From an uncultured virus (IMG/VR IMGVR_UViG_3300006112_000009) (lineage: Duplodnaviria > Heunggongvirae > Uroviricota > Caudoviricetes): 20,000 nucleotides of DNA. The stretch lies in IMG/VR virus record IMGVR_UViG_3300006112_000009; one strand, given 5' to 3'. Both the position numbers and the translations under genes were made by a program. The notes under the pieces were generated by a model that was given only the letters and a program-made list of their open reading frames with translations, made no database searches and was not told the DNA's origin. Of the stretch, positions 1 to 8,856 are shown one piece after another (position 1 is the stretch's first letter; every line of letters begins with the position of its first letter).

Positions 1-909
1 GTTTGGGGTCCACAAGGAAATTTCGCTGGTGATACAAAGGTTGAATTAGGTAATGTATCTATAAAACCTATCAATAAGGGCGATATGGTCAAGTATTTTG
101 GTGAAACTGCACAAGTTGTTGAGTTATCTAAAGACAGAAAAGTTGCTAGGATAACATTTAAGAATAGAGCACTAACTCAAAATGTTAAAACATCGGATTT
201 AACTAAGTTAGGTCAAGGTGTAGCAGAAGGCAAGAACATGCCAGACTTAGAACATGTTGGCGAAAGAGTAGTATCTGTTATGGATGCTGAACGCAGACTT
301 GCCCATGGAGATAGAATATTTGCGTTCCACGAAATGGATGAAGAGCCGTTTGAGATTCACAATGTCGGTGAGTTGGCAGGATATGATGCTGAACAGTTAT
401 TGGCAGTACCACAAAGTGTAGCGGAAGAAGCAGACGAACAAAAAAGCTCAAATGTCTTTCAATCTATGGGTAGTCAATTAATTGCTATGGGTAATGATGC
501 TGATAAAATTAAAAGGCATGACCCATCAGTTATTGAAAAAGCAATTGATGCTAAATTAGAAAAAATCAATGATCCAAAACTTACACATGTTACGAAATCC
601 TTTTTGAGTAAAGTTGTTAAGTTCAATAGAAGTAATCCAAAAACAATGGCAGCAATATTTGGATTTACCTTCTCTATTATTGCTAGAGTATCAATGCAAT
701 TTAGTCATAATATGGGACTTAGTCCAACACAAGCAACATTACTAATAGAAGCATTATTGCCTACATTGGGTAATTTTTTGGGTTACATTGTCAATGGGTT
801 TAGTGTAAAAGACAGTGTACAAGCTGGATTGATTGCTGGAACAATTGGCGTCGGCGGCACCTTGGCTGCAAGCGGTGCATTGTCTGAAGATTATTTAGAC
901 GAAAAATAA
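1..909 (+). CDS. 5'-truncated modular protein, putative capsid-internal polyprotein (SH3/KOW-like module, acidic module, hydrophobic helical module)
   Basis: Frame 1 is open from base 1 (VWGPQGNFAGDTKVELGNVSIKPINKGDMVKYFG...), so the ATG at 85 is probably internal. Ends TAA at 907-909. Contains QGVAEG (214-231), QSVAEE (412-429) and C-terminal LSEDYLDEK. Confidence 0.6.
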   Translation, partial: VWGPQGNFAGDTKVELGNVSIKPINKGDMVKYFGETAQVVELSKDRKVARITFKNRALTQNVKTSDLTKLGQGVAEGKNMPDLEHVGERVVSVMDAERRLAHGDRIFAFHEMDEEPFEIHNVGELAGYDAEQLLAVPQSVAEEADEQKSSNVFQSMGSQLIAMGNDADKIKRHDPSVIEKAIDAKLEKINDPKLTHVTKSFLSKVVKFNRSNPKTMAAIFGFTFSIIARVSMQFSHNMGLSPTQATLLIEALLPTLGNFLGYIVNGFSVKDSVQAGLIAGTIGVGGTLAASGALSEDYLDEK

Positions 910-917
910 TTTCACCC

Positions 918-954
918 CCTCTTTATTGTGTAAATATCTTTATCTTTAAAGAGG
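918..954 (+). promoter_or_regulatory. RBS-sequestering hairpin with the late promoter in its loop
   Basis: CCTCTTTA (918-925) is the exact reverse complement of TAAAGAGG (947-954), which contains most of the Shine-Dalgarno. Confidence 0.55.
931..936 (+). promoter_or_regulatory. T4-like late promoter core (TAAATA)
   Basis: GTAAATA in the 50-nt gap upstream of the ATG at 960. The same motif recurs in other intergenic gaps. SD GAGGA at 951-955. Confidence 0.7.
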
Positions 955-959
955 ACCTT

Positions 960-1946
960 ATGGCAACAAAGAAAACTAAATCAGAAGCAAAAACAGTACC
1001 AATCGAAAAGGTACAAGAAATTGCTGAACAAGCACAACAAGAACAAAAACCCGCAGATGGTCAAGTTCAAGTTAACGTAGATTATCTACGCACAACCAAA
1101 GTACATATCGCTATGCCATGTTATGGTGGTATGTTGACTGAATCTACATTCATGTCATTCATCAAGTGGGCAAATACTGCTCGTCAATTGGGTATTGATT
1201 GGACATTGGAAACAATGGTCAACGAATCACTTATCAGTCGTGCTCGTAACACACTAACTGCAAAATTCTTAGACCAACAAGATTCAACACACTTGTTCTT
1301 TGTTGACGCTGACATTGGTTGGGAACCATGGCACTTGTTAGTGTTAATTAACCGTGACGTTGACGTTATCGGCGGACTATACCCAATGAAAACAATGCCA
1401 ATCAAGTGGGTTGTTAATGGATTTGAAGGTGCAGAAGAAGGACCTGATGGCTTGCAAGAAGTAAGTAAAGCAGGTACAGGTTTCTTGTTAATGAAGAAAC
1501 ATGTATTTGAAAAAATGAAATCACATCCAGCAGTTAAACCATACAAGAACGATATCGGTCTTGATCCAAAATATGACCAACACTTGAAAACATACTTTGA
1601 TACAGCAGTACGTCAAGGTCGTTACTACAGTGAAGACTGGACATTCTGTGAAAACTGGCGTGATATCGGTGGTAAGATTTGGGTTGACAAACGTGTACTA
1701 TTGCGTCACAGTGGTAGTTATGTTTTCTGTATGGAAAATCAACAACACTTGATGGACACAATTGGTCCAATGTATGCACAAGAGCAAGCAAACAAAGCTC
1801 AACAAGCAGCACAGCTACCAGAAACACCGGTAGTGAAAACAGTTGCAAAACCTGCAACTAAAACTGCTACTAAAACAGTTGCAAAGACAGTAGCTAAAGC
1901 TCCTGTCAAAACAGCACCAAAAGCTAAAGCAGCAAGCAAGAAGTAA
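960..1946 (+). CDS. GT-A fold (GT2-like) glycosyltransferase with Lys/Ala/Thr-rich C-terminal tail
   Basis: VHIAMPCYGG N-terminal strand, ESLISRARN, HLFFVDADI (DxD motif), GTGFLLMKK, SEDWTFC and a C-terminal H (LRHSG) match the GT-A pattern. SD and late promoter upstream. Confidence 0.8.
   Translation: MATKKTKSEAKTVPIEKVQEIAEQAQQEQKPADGQVQVNVDYLRTTKVHIAMPCYGGMLTESTFMSFIKWANTARQLGIDWTLETMVNESLISRARNTLTAKFLDQQDSTHLFFVDADIGWEPWHLLVLINRDVDVIGGLYPMKTMPIKWVVNGFEGAEEGPDGLQEVSKAGTGFLLMKKHVFEKMKSHPAVKPYKNDIGLDPKYDQHLKTYFDTAVRQGRYYSEDWTFCENWRDIGGKIWVDKRVLLRHSGSYVFCMENQQHLMDTIGPMYAQEQANKAQQAAQLPETPVVKTVAKPATKTATKTVAKTVAKAPVKTAPKAKAASKK
1836..1943 (+). repeat. Degenerate 12-nt tandem repeat encoding K-x-x-x tetrapeptides (histone H1-like tail)
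   Basis: KTVA KPAT KTAT KTVA KTVA KAPV KTAP KAKA ASKK; DNA units such as AAAACAGTTGCA recur. Confidence 0.75.
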
Positions 1947-1965
1947 TCAATCTTCTTTCCAATAC

Positions 1966-2000
1966 AGGGCTGGCTCAGGAAACTGGGTCAGCCCTTTTTT
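1966..2000 (+). terminator. Rho-independent terminator
   Basis: AGGGCTGGCTCAG-GAAA-CTGGGTCAGCCCT is a 13-bp stem (two G-U pairs) with a GNRA tetraloop, followed by a T run to 2000. Confidence 0.9.
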
Positions 2001-2002
2001 GA

Positions 2003-2008
2003 TAAATA
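2003..2008 (+). promoter_or_regulatory. T4-like late promoter core (GATAAATA), probably giving a leaderless mRNA
   Basis: Lies directly after the terminator and 5 nt before the ATG at 2014, with no SD. An overlapping TATAAATA also occurs at 2007-2014. Confidence 0.7.
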
Positions 2009-2013
2009 TAAAT

Positions 2014-2880
2014 ATGAATCTACGAGAATTTGACGAATTTAGACTTTCAGATGCTATTCACTTCCATGATGAATTAAATCCAGCCTTATTTAACGGCGAC
2101 CACATGAAAGATGATGTAAAAGTGCAATTACTTAATATTGCAGAAGACTTTATTGACCACTTGGGTATTAAGGGTCTAGACATTCAAGATATTACAGTAA
2201 GTGGTTCAAGTGCGGCTTTCACATACACTAAACATTCAGATATTGATTTGCATATCTTAGTAGACTTCAATCAATTTAAAGATGACGACATTTATCGTGA
2301 ATTGTTTGACGCTAAAAAAGTTGTATATAATGACACACATGATATCACAATAGGTGGATTTCCTGTAGAATTATATGTACAAGATATAAATCAACCTGTC
2401 ATTAGCTTAGGTGAATACAGCGTATTAAATGACAAGTGGATCAAATTACCAAGAAAACGCAGAGCAAACTTTGACCAATATGCTACTAAACTGAAATTTG
2501 ATAAACTTTACAAACTAGCAGAATTTGCCTATAAGTCACATAATGCGTCAAAAATTCAGCATATTTTGCACACGATCAAACGTTATCGTCAAGCAGGATT
2601 AGACATGAACGGTGAGTTTGGTCCTGAGAACCTAGCATATAAAGCATTGCGTAGCAAGGGAATCATTGCTAAGTTATATGATAGATTGCAAGATTTGCAT
2701 GATAAAAGATTGAGTTTACCTGAATGTTCAGGATATATTCCAAGCGAAAGTCAAAAGAATGACCCTCGTTGGGAACGAGCATTGAGTGTAGACGTACACC
2801 CAAATACAATGAAGAAGCAAGCTAAGAAGTTTGGTTGGAAGATTAAACGAAACGGTATTCCACCAACGCTTAGACCTTAA
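2014..2880 (+). CDS. Pol-beta-superfamily nucleotidyltransferase with appended basic C-terminal module
   Basis: hG-S-x10-D-h-D-h motif (VSGSSAAFTYTKHSDIDLHI) and a third acidic strand (PVELYVQD). Start re-assigned from TTG 1999, which lies in the terminator U-tract, to ATG 2014 (288 aa). Confidence 0.8.
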   Translation: MNLREFDEFRLSDAIHFHDELNPALFNGDHMKDDVKVQLLNIAEDFIDHLGIKGLDIQDITVSGSSAAFTYTKHSDIDLHILVDFNQFKDDDIYRELFDAKKVVYNDTHDITIGGFPVELYVQDINQPVISLGEYSVLNDKWIKLPRKRRANFDQYATKLKFDKLYKLAEFAYKSHNASKIQHILHTIKRYRQAGLDMNGEFGPENLAYKALRSKGIIAKLYDRLQDLHDKRLSLPECSGYIPSESQKNDPRWERALSVDVHPNTMKKQAKKFGWKIKRNGIPPTLRP

Positions 2881-2888
2881 GGAAGATT

Positions 2889-5800
2889 ATGGCACTTATT
2901 AAACCACCAACAGTTGACACAACACAAGATCCTGCATTTGGTACTAAACAGGTAATCAATAGATCGCCTAACAATACAGGTGTTGTTGGACAACTAATTG
3001 ACACTACATACATTGACAAAAAAGCAGAGATTATTAATGAACCAGGCGGCAACGTTGGTATGGTTCAATTTAATGTAGGTGGTAGTTTTGGTGGTGACAG
3101 AAGTTTTGTATATAACTTAAACACAAAGACATTGAGTATTGCCGGCAATATTTTATTAGGTGGATATATCAATGGACGTATCACAACTAATTTATACAAC
3201 TTAAAAGTTGCAGGTGGACTTAGTGGACAAATACTAACAACCGACGGCAATGGTAATTTAAGTTGGCAAAATCAAGCACAATTGCAGTATAGCAACAGCA
3301 ACGTTGCATCGTTCTTACCAACACATACTGGAAATATTACTGGCAATAATATGCACCTTTCAGGCGGTGCTTATGTGCATGATATCATTACTAGCAATGT
3401 AACTACAAGTAATTTAACTATATCCGTAGGTGGTAATGTTAATTTAGATGTATCGCAATTACAAATGACAGGCGGTGCATCAGGTCAAGTATTAACAACT
3501 AATGGTAGTGGTAATTTGATTTGGAAATACCCAAACTCACTAGAATCATTCTTGACTTTGGGCAATACACCAATCACCTTAGCACAAGGCGGAACCCATG
3601 ATGTTTGGACTGGGCCATTTGATGTTACACCTAATGTGGTAGGTGGTTTTGTTAACAGTGATAGTTCTAACAATGCATTGATGACATTCAGTACTGTTGG
3701 TTCTAACAACATGAGTATTGCACTTGACGGTAGTTTGTTTGTTGGTGACAATATTGCAAATTATGATTTTGGTCATGATTATAATACAGGCGGATGGGTA
3801 GTTTCTCAAAATGGTTTGATTATGACAGACCAGGCAGCAAGTATTATATTCCCTGACACTACAGTACAAGAAACAGCTTATCTTGGATACGAAGCAATCA
3901 TTAGCGAAACGAATCCAGGTAATCTAGTTGATGGTAAAATTTGGTTTGATAGTAATGAAGGTCGTGCATTTGTAATGTATAATCAACAGTGGGTTGATAT
4001 GAACCCACAGATTGCACCTAATCCTGATTTAAATGCAAACTCAATTACATTTGAAGACGGTAGTGTATTAACTACAGGTAATATTCAGGGTAGTTCTTAT
4101 TCAAATAGCAATGTTGCAAGTTATCTACCAACTTACACTGGTAATATTTCTGCAAACAATGTATTGTTATCAAATACATTAGTTACTAGTTCAATTCAAG
4201 GTAATACAGGTCTTGTTATAAATTCAACTGATACTATGAACCTGTTGGTTAATAATGTAAGTGGTATCGAAGTGACCAGTGGCTCTGTGGGACTATATGC
4301 TCAAAATATATTGTCACTACAATTAGATGGAGCCAACGCAGATTTTAGAAATCAACACGTTAATAATGTCAACTCACTTAATGTAAATGGTAACATTACG
4401 GGAAACTACATTATTGGTAATGGTAGTCAATTAACAGACATAGTTACATCTAAATTAACTAATACTACACAAACATTTGTATTGAATAGTGATGGATCGT
4501 TTGGTGTAAAAGATAGTGGTAGTGCGACTAACTTCAACCTTGACCAAACAACTCCTAACATTGATTTAAGAACAACTAGTGGCACTGGATTCTTTACTAC
4601 AGGATCCAACATCACATTCAGAGCCGGTGGCTCAAAGAATTGGATCTTTGACAATAGTGGTAATTTAAGTACTCAGGGTAGCGTTAAAGTTGGTGCAACT
4701 AATGGCAATATTGTAGTAGGTGATGCTACTGCTACTGGTTCGCCTGGATTAAGTTCAACTACAAGTGTAACATTAACTGCTAACAGAGATGGTAATGCAA
4801 CATCTTGGGTATTCAGCAACGAAGGTTCATTGATACTACCAGGACCAGCTGTTGGTCAAACAAGCTATAGTAGAATTAAAACTGATGGTGCTTTCTTAAA
4901 TCTTGACGTACAATATGGTAGTCTTGATGATGTATATGATGGTGCTCGTGTAGGAACTAATAGCACAGACCCATTCGACATTGTAACAGACTTCAATGGT
5001 GCTCGTAATACATGGCGTTTTGATTCTAATGGTAATTTGAATTTACCACCAACTAATAGTATCGTTGCTCAAGGTACACCGCAAGTTGGATATCATATAA
5101 TAGTTACTGATGACTTTATCGAGCTTCAAAGTGCGGCTGATGGTAGCGGTGGAGACCAAACATACGTTACATGGGACGCCGGCGCCTCTAGTTTCGTCAA
5201 TCAAATCTGGACTCCATGGTGTGTTGGTCAACCTGACGCAATGGTAGGTTGGACTATCACTTCTTCTGATAACGTTGTTACTAATATTATAGCCGCTAAC
5301 AACTACGGGCAACAATATACAATTGAAGTGGATCATTATGGCATAGGATCATATCCATTCACATTCCAAAGTCCAGACTATGTAGCTGGTTCACCTAACC
5401 CAGTCAACATAGCAACTAACTCACATAACTGGGTATTCGGAGTAGACGGTAATCTTTCAGTACCCGGAAACATTAATGTATCTGGTACTGCAAGTCCTGC
5501 TCCAAGTCTCAATGGATTTTCATCGGTAACATTAACTGCTAATTTGAGAGCCGCAAATATATACACTGACAACTATTATCTAGCGAACGGTGATCCTCTA
5601 CCATTGGTATCAGGTTCAAGTAACGTAACGACTACAGGTAATGTAACTGCAGGTAATGTTATTGCTGGAAACTTTACTGGTAACGGCAGTCAATTAACAA
5701 GTATCAGTGGTGCTAATGTAACCGGAACTGTAGCTAATGCAACATATGCATTAAATGCAGGCAATGCATACCATGTAGCGGCAGCAAATATTACAGGTAC

Positions 5801-7151
5801 AATATCATTTGCAACACGTTCTTCTGTTGCTGATTCTGCGAATAGTGTAAGTGGAAGTAACGTTTCAGGTCCGGTGGCATATGCAACTGTTGCAAACAGT
5901 GTGGCTGCTGCCAACGTATCAGGATTAGGTAATCTAGCATTATTAAACAAAGACGGTAACGCAAGCAACATCCTGTATGGTAACGGTGTGTTTGCCAGTG
6001 CACCATCAGGTGGTGGAGGTATTGGTGCAATCAATGAAGTATTAATAGTAAATGCGGTAGCACCTTCAACTAGCTATACTAACGCAACTGTAACGCAATG
6101 GTCGGCATCTTATACAGGGTCAGGTGGTCAATTACTTGTATCTGCAAGTATTACCGCATTCTCTGGGGCTAGTGGAGCAACAAGAAATTGGTATTTGCAA
6201 AAGAACGGATCTACCGTAGCTACCGGATCGTTCTACTACAATACAGCAAACGAGCATACTAATCTTCCAACAATAAATTACGTAGACACAACTGGCAGTT
6301 CAACATTGGCTACTTGGTCTATTTTTGTAGGATCCGGATTAACTGTTGATGGAGGTGACCGCGCTACGATTCGTGTCACTGAATATAGCGGACAACTAAA
6401 CTATGCTAATAGTAATGTAACAACATTGTTATCAAGTTTTGGTAGCAGTAATATTAGTACTAGCGGTAATATTACTGCAGGATATTTAATAGGTAATGGT
6501 AGTCAACTAACTGGGTTACCCGCAAGTTATGCCAACACAAACGTAGCAGCTTATCTTCCAACATATACCGGTAATGTAACCGCAGGTAATATTAGTGTTA
6601 CTGGAACAATCACTGGCGGCGGCATTAGAAAAACTACAGCAACTACAGCACCAAGTAGTCCTACAGTAGGTGACCAATGGTACAATAGCTCAACTGATAT
6701 ATTGTATCAATATATCAATGATGGTGTAAGTAGTTATTGGTTAGACATTGCAGGACCGGGCTATAGTAATCCACAAAACGTTACAAAGGTATCTAATTTT
6801 GTTAATGCAGGTACATTCGTGGTATTGGATAATTTAAAAGCAACAGTTACTACATCAGGTAATCGTGGATTAGCTATCGCATCAGTATCAGGCACTTTTA
6901 ATTGTTATATAGGTGGTTATGGAGCGTATAACACAGGTACAGGTGTAGCTGCAACTACTTCAGGCGGAAGCCCATACGCAGTCACAACAAGTACGGGTAA
7001 CACCTCATTGTTCGCATGGAGTTTCCCTAATGCAAGTGATTCAATAACATACCATATCAATGACTTAACTAACAACAGATTCTACCGTATTCAAATGATG
7101 ATAGGTATGAGTTATAACAACAACTTTATAAGTATCGAGAGGTTAATCTAA
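2889..7151 (+). CDS. Long tail-fibre-like / virion adhesin protein (1420 aa)
   Basis: Gly/Asn/Ser/Thr-rich. Repeats: GGxSGQ[IV]LTTxGxGNLxW x2, YxNxNVAx[FY]LPTxTGN x3 plus one degenerate copy, GNGSQLT x3, W-x-F-x-x-x-G-x-L x4. Module APSSPTVGDQWYNSSTDILYQYINDG. SD AAGGA overlaps the upstream stop. Confidence 0.75.
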   Translation: MALIKPPTVDTTQDPAFGTKQVINRSPNNTGVVGQLIDTTYIDKKAEIINEPGGNVGMVQFNVGGSFGGDRSFVYNLNTKTLSIAGNILLGGYINGRITTNLYNLKVAGGLSGQILTTDGNGNLSWQNQAQLQYSNSNVASFLPTHTGNITGNNMHLSGGAYVHDIITSNVTTSNLTISVGGNVNLDVSQLQMTGGASGQVLTTNGSGNLIWKYPNSLESFLTLGNTPITLAQGGTHDVWTGPFDVTPNVVGGFVNSDSSNNALMTFSTVGSNNMSIALDGSLFVGDNIANYDFGHDYNTGGWVVSQNGLIMTDQAASIIFPDTTVQETAYLGYEAIISETNPGNLVDGKIWFDSNEGRAFVMYNQQWVDMNPQIAPNPDLNANSITFEDGSVLTTGNIQGSSYSNSNVASYLPTYTGNISANNVLLSNTLVTSSIQGNTGLVINSTDTMNLLVNNVSGIEVTSGSVGLYAQNILSLQLDGANADFRNQHVNNVNSLNVNGNITGNYIIGNGSQLTDIVTSKLTNTTQTFVLNSDGSFGVKDSGSATNFNLDQTTPNIDLRTTSGTGFFTTGSNITFRAGGSKNWIFDNSGNLSTQGSVKVGATNGNIVVGDATATGSPGLSSTTSVTLTANRDGNATSWVFSNEGSLILPGPAVGQTSYSRIKTDGAFLNLDVQYGSLDDVYDGARVGTNSTDPFDIVTDFNGARNTWRFDSNGNLNLPPTNSIVAQGTPQVGYHIIVTDDFIELQSAADGSGGDQTYVTWDAGASSFVNQIWTPWCVGQPDAMVGWTITSSDNVVTNIIAANNYGQQYTIEVDHYGIGSYPFTFQSPDYVAGSPNPVNIATNSHNWVFGVDGNLSVPGNINVSGTASPAPSLNGFSSVTLTANLRAANIYTDNYYLANGDPLPLVSGSSNVTTTGNVTAGNVIAGNFTGNGSQLTSISGANVTGTVANATYALNAGNAYHVAAANITGTISFATRSSVADSANSVSGSNVSGPVAYATVANSVAAANVSGLGNLALLNKDGNASNILYGNGVFASAPSGGGGIGAINEVLIVNAVAPSTSYTNATVTQWSASYTGSGGQLLVSASITAFSGASGATRNWYLQKNGSTVATGSFYYNTANEHTNLPTINYVDTTGSSTLATWSIFVGSGLTVDGGDRATIRVTEYSGQLNYANSNVTTLLSSFGSSNISTSGNITAGYLIGNGSQLTGLPASYANTNVAAYLPTYTGNVTAGNISVTGTITGGGIRKTTATTAPSSPTVGDQWYNSSTDILYQYINDGVSSYWLDIAGPGYSNPQNVTKVSNFVNAGTFVVLDNLKATVTTSGNRGLAIASVSGTFNCYIGGYGAYNTGTGVAATTSGGSPYAVTTSTGNTSLFAWSFPNASDSITYHINDLTNNRFYRIQMMIGMSYNNNFISIERLI
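3288..6578 (+). repeat. Dispersed intragenic ~17-codon repeat (YSNSNVASYLPTYTGNI type)
   Basis: Copies start at 3288 (YSNSNVASFLPTHTGNI), 4098 (YSNSNVASYLPTYTGNI), 6402 (degenerate YANSNVTTLLSSFG) and 6528 (YANTNVAAYLPTYTGNV). Confidence 0.8.
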
Positions 7152-8617
7152 TGAGTTTTCCGGCAAGTCCAACAAATGGGCAATTAGTAACAATTAACAA
7201 TATCACTTATCAGTGGAATAGCACTAGTAACACATGGACTCGTTCAAGTCCTACAACAGGATACTTATCAGATTATATCCAAGTAGTTGATACTACAGAT
7301 AATACGGGTATGACTACCAATAGTGTCATGGTCTTTGATACTGTATTAAGTGGTTCAGGAATACCATATAATACAAGCACAGGTGTGTTTACATTAACCG
7401 GTGGCAAAACTTATGAATTGTATGCAAGTCTTAACTGGTCAAGTTTTAGTGACGCTACAGGTGGATGGATGGCATATCAATGGGTTGATGCAACTGCAGG
7501 TACTGGGCTAATACCTAACAACGGTTCTATCGCACTAGCAGAACCTATCAATCGCAACACTAACGAAACTATTCAACCCAGTGTAAAGGTACTTTATACA
7601 CCTACAACAAATCAAACAGTTAAACTTATGGTAACTGGGTCTAGTGGCACTGCTACTACTCGTGGTAACTTTGGTTGTTATGCTACTATCATGCAAATTG
7701 GTGGTAGCAGTTTAATGGCTAACGTTACGATTGGCGGCGGCGCCGCTAGTACAAGCACTAGTACTGGTGCAGTAATTGTTAATGGTGGATTAGCAGTACA
7801 AGGTAATATTAACTTAACTGGTACTGTGAATGGTAATGCAACTAATGCAAACTATGCAAGTTATTCAGGTAACGTAGTTAACGCTAGTCAATCTAATATT
7901 ACTAGTGTAGGTACCTTAAACTCACTAGCGGTTTCCGGTAATGTTACTATATCAGGCATTGTAACAGGTTCCGGTAATGTAAACAGTACTGCGTTTGCTG
8001 TGGGTAACGGAGCTGTTGGAAATGTTGCATTAGGATTTTTCCCAACAGCAGGAACAGCAGCAATGATGGCTATCCGCGATTATTCTACTGTTAATAGTTC
8101 CGTATATTTTGATACAGTTATTGGTAGCAATGCTACTGGTGGTTCGTTTCAATTTAGAGGAAGTAATGCATTTACTCAATATGCTAATATTAATAGTTAT
8201 GGCATTAATCTACCAACAAGACCTGCATTTAGAGTATATGGCTCCGGCAGCTCCGGCATCAGTGCTACGACAACATTGACCAGCAGTAATTTTACACTTG
8301 ACTATCAACAAGGTTCAGCTTTGAATACATCAACTGGTGTATTCACAGCGCCTATTGCCGGATTATATTACATAACGCTTGTCGCAAGAATTTATAGTAC
8401 TAGCACTGTGGCTAGTTCAATACAGGTAAACAAAACTAGTGGAGGTACTACAACTACACAAGTTTATCTAGAATGGGCTGCCAATACTTCAGTGAACCAC
8501 ATAGGTGGTAGTACCATTGCCAAGTTAGCTGTCGGTGATACTTTGGTATTAAAAGTAACTAACGGTAATATAATCTTTGACACTAACGATAACTGGTGCG
8601 TGGCATATATTGGATAA
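7151..8617 (+). CDS. Tail-fibre-like protein with C-terminal C1q/TNF-like domain and a second C1q-like domain near the N-terminus
   Basis: C-terminal RPAFRVYG...NTSTGVFTAPIAGLYYIT...LAVGDTL is a C1q signature. N-proximal MVFDTV...YNTSTGVFTLTGGKTYELYASL is similar. Starts with MSFPASPTNGQ...YQWN...W. TAATG overlap with the upstream gene. Confidence 0.75.
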   Translation: MSFPASPTNGQLVTINNITYQWNSTSNTWTRSSPTTGYLSDYIQVVDTTDNTGMTTNSVMVFDTVLSGSGIPYNTSTGVFTLTGGKTYELYASLNWSSFSDATGGWMAYQWVDATAGTGLIPNNGSIALAEPINRNTNETIQPSVKVLYTPTTNQTVKLMVTGSSGTATTRGNFGCYATIMQIGGSSLMANVTIGGGAASTSTSTGAVIVNGGLAVQGNINLTGTVNGNATNANYASYSGNVVNASQSNITSVGTLNSLAVSGNVTISGIVTGSGNVNSTAFAVGNGAVGNVALGFFPTAGTAAMMAIRDYSTVNSSVYFDTVIGSNATGGSFQFRGSNAFTQYANINSYGINLPTRPAFRVYGSGSSGISATTTLTSSNFTLDYQQGSALNTSTGVFTAPIAGLYYITLVARIYSTSTVASSIQVNKTSGGTTTTQVYLEWAANTSVNHIGGSTIAKLAVGDTLVLKVTNGNIIFDTNDNWCVAYIG

Positions 8618-8620
8618 GAC

Positions 8621-8626
8621 TAAATA
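8621..8626 (+). promoter_or_regulatory. T4-like late promoter core (CTAAATA), near-leaderless
   Basis: TAAATA in a 16-nt gap, 7 nt before the ATG at 8634; no SD. Confidence 0.65.
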
Positions 8627-8633
8627 CTAAGAT

Positions 8634-8843
8634 ATGATAATTTTCCCACAAAATCCAGCGGTAAATCAAGAATATGTAGCTACAAACGCGGTTACATATG
8701 TCTGGACCGGTAACCGCTGGGACAGCATAACAGCGATTAGAGAAGGCAGTCAATATGTGTACGAAGCAGGTTCTGCGAACTCAATCTATAACGGTCCCGG
8801 CGATGAGATACTCGATGGTGGCGATGTAAACGGTAACGTATAA
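8634..8843 (+). CDS. Small virion/tail adaptor-like protein (69 aa)
   Basis: MIIFPQNPAVNQEY...TYVWTGNRW matches the N-terminal motif of the 7151 gene. C-terminal LDGG. Has its own promoter motif. Confidence 0.6.
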   Translation: MIIFPQNPAVNQEYVATNAVTYVWTGNRWDSITAIREGSQYVYEAGSANSIYNGPGDEILDGGDVNGNV

Positions 8844-8856
8844 ATCAGGAATAACA

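Noticed and set aside
1815..1829. LPETP as a sortase (LPxTG) signal
   Set aside because: No Gly at position 5 and no following hydrophobic segment.
1999..2013. TTG start for the nucleotidyltransferase given by the ORF track
   Set aside because: It lies in the terminator U-tract and upstream of the promoter motif; ATG 2014 fits better.
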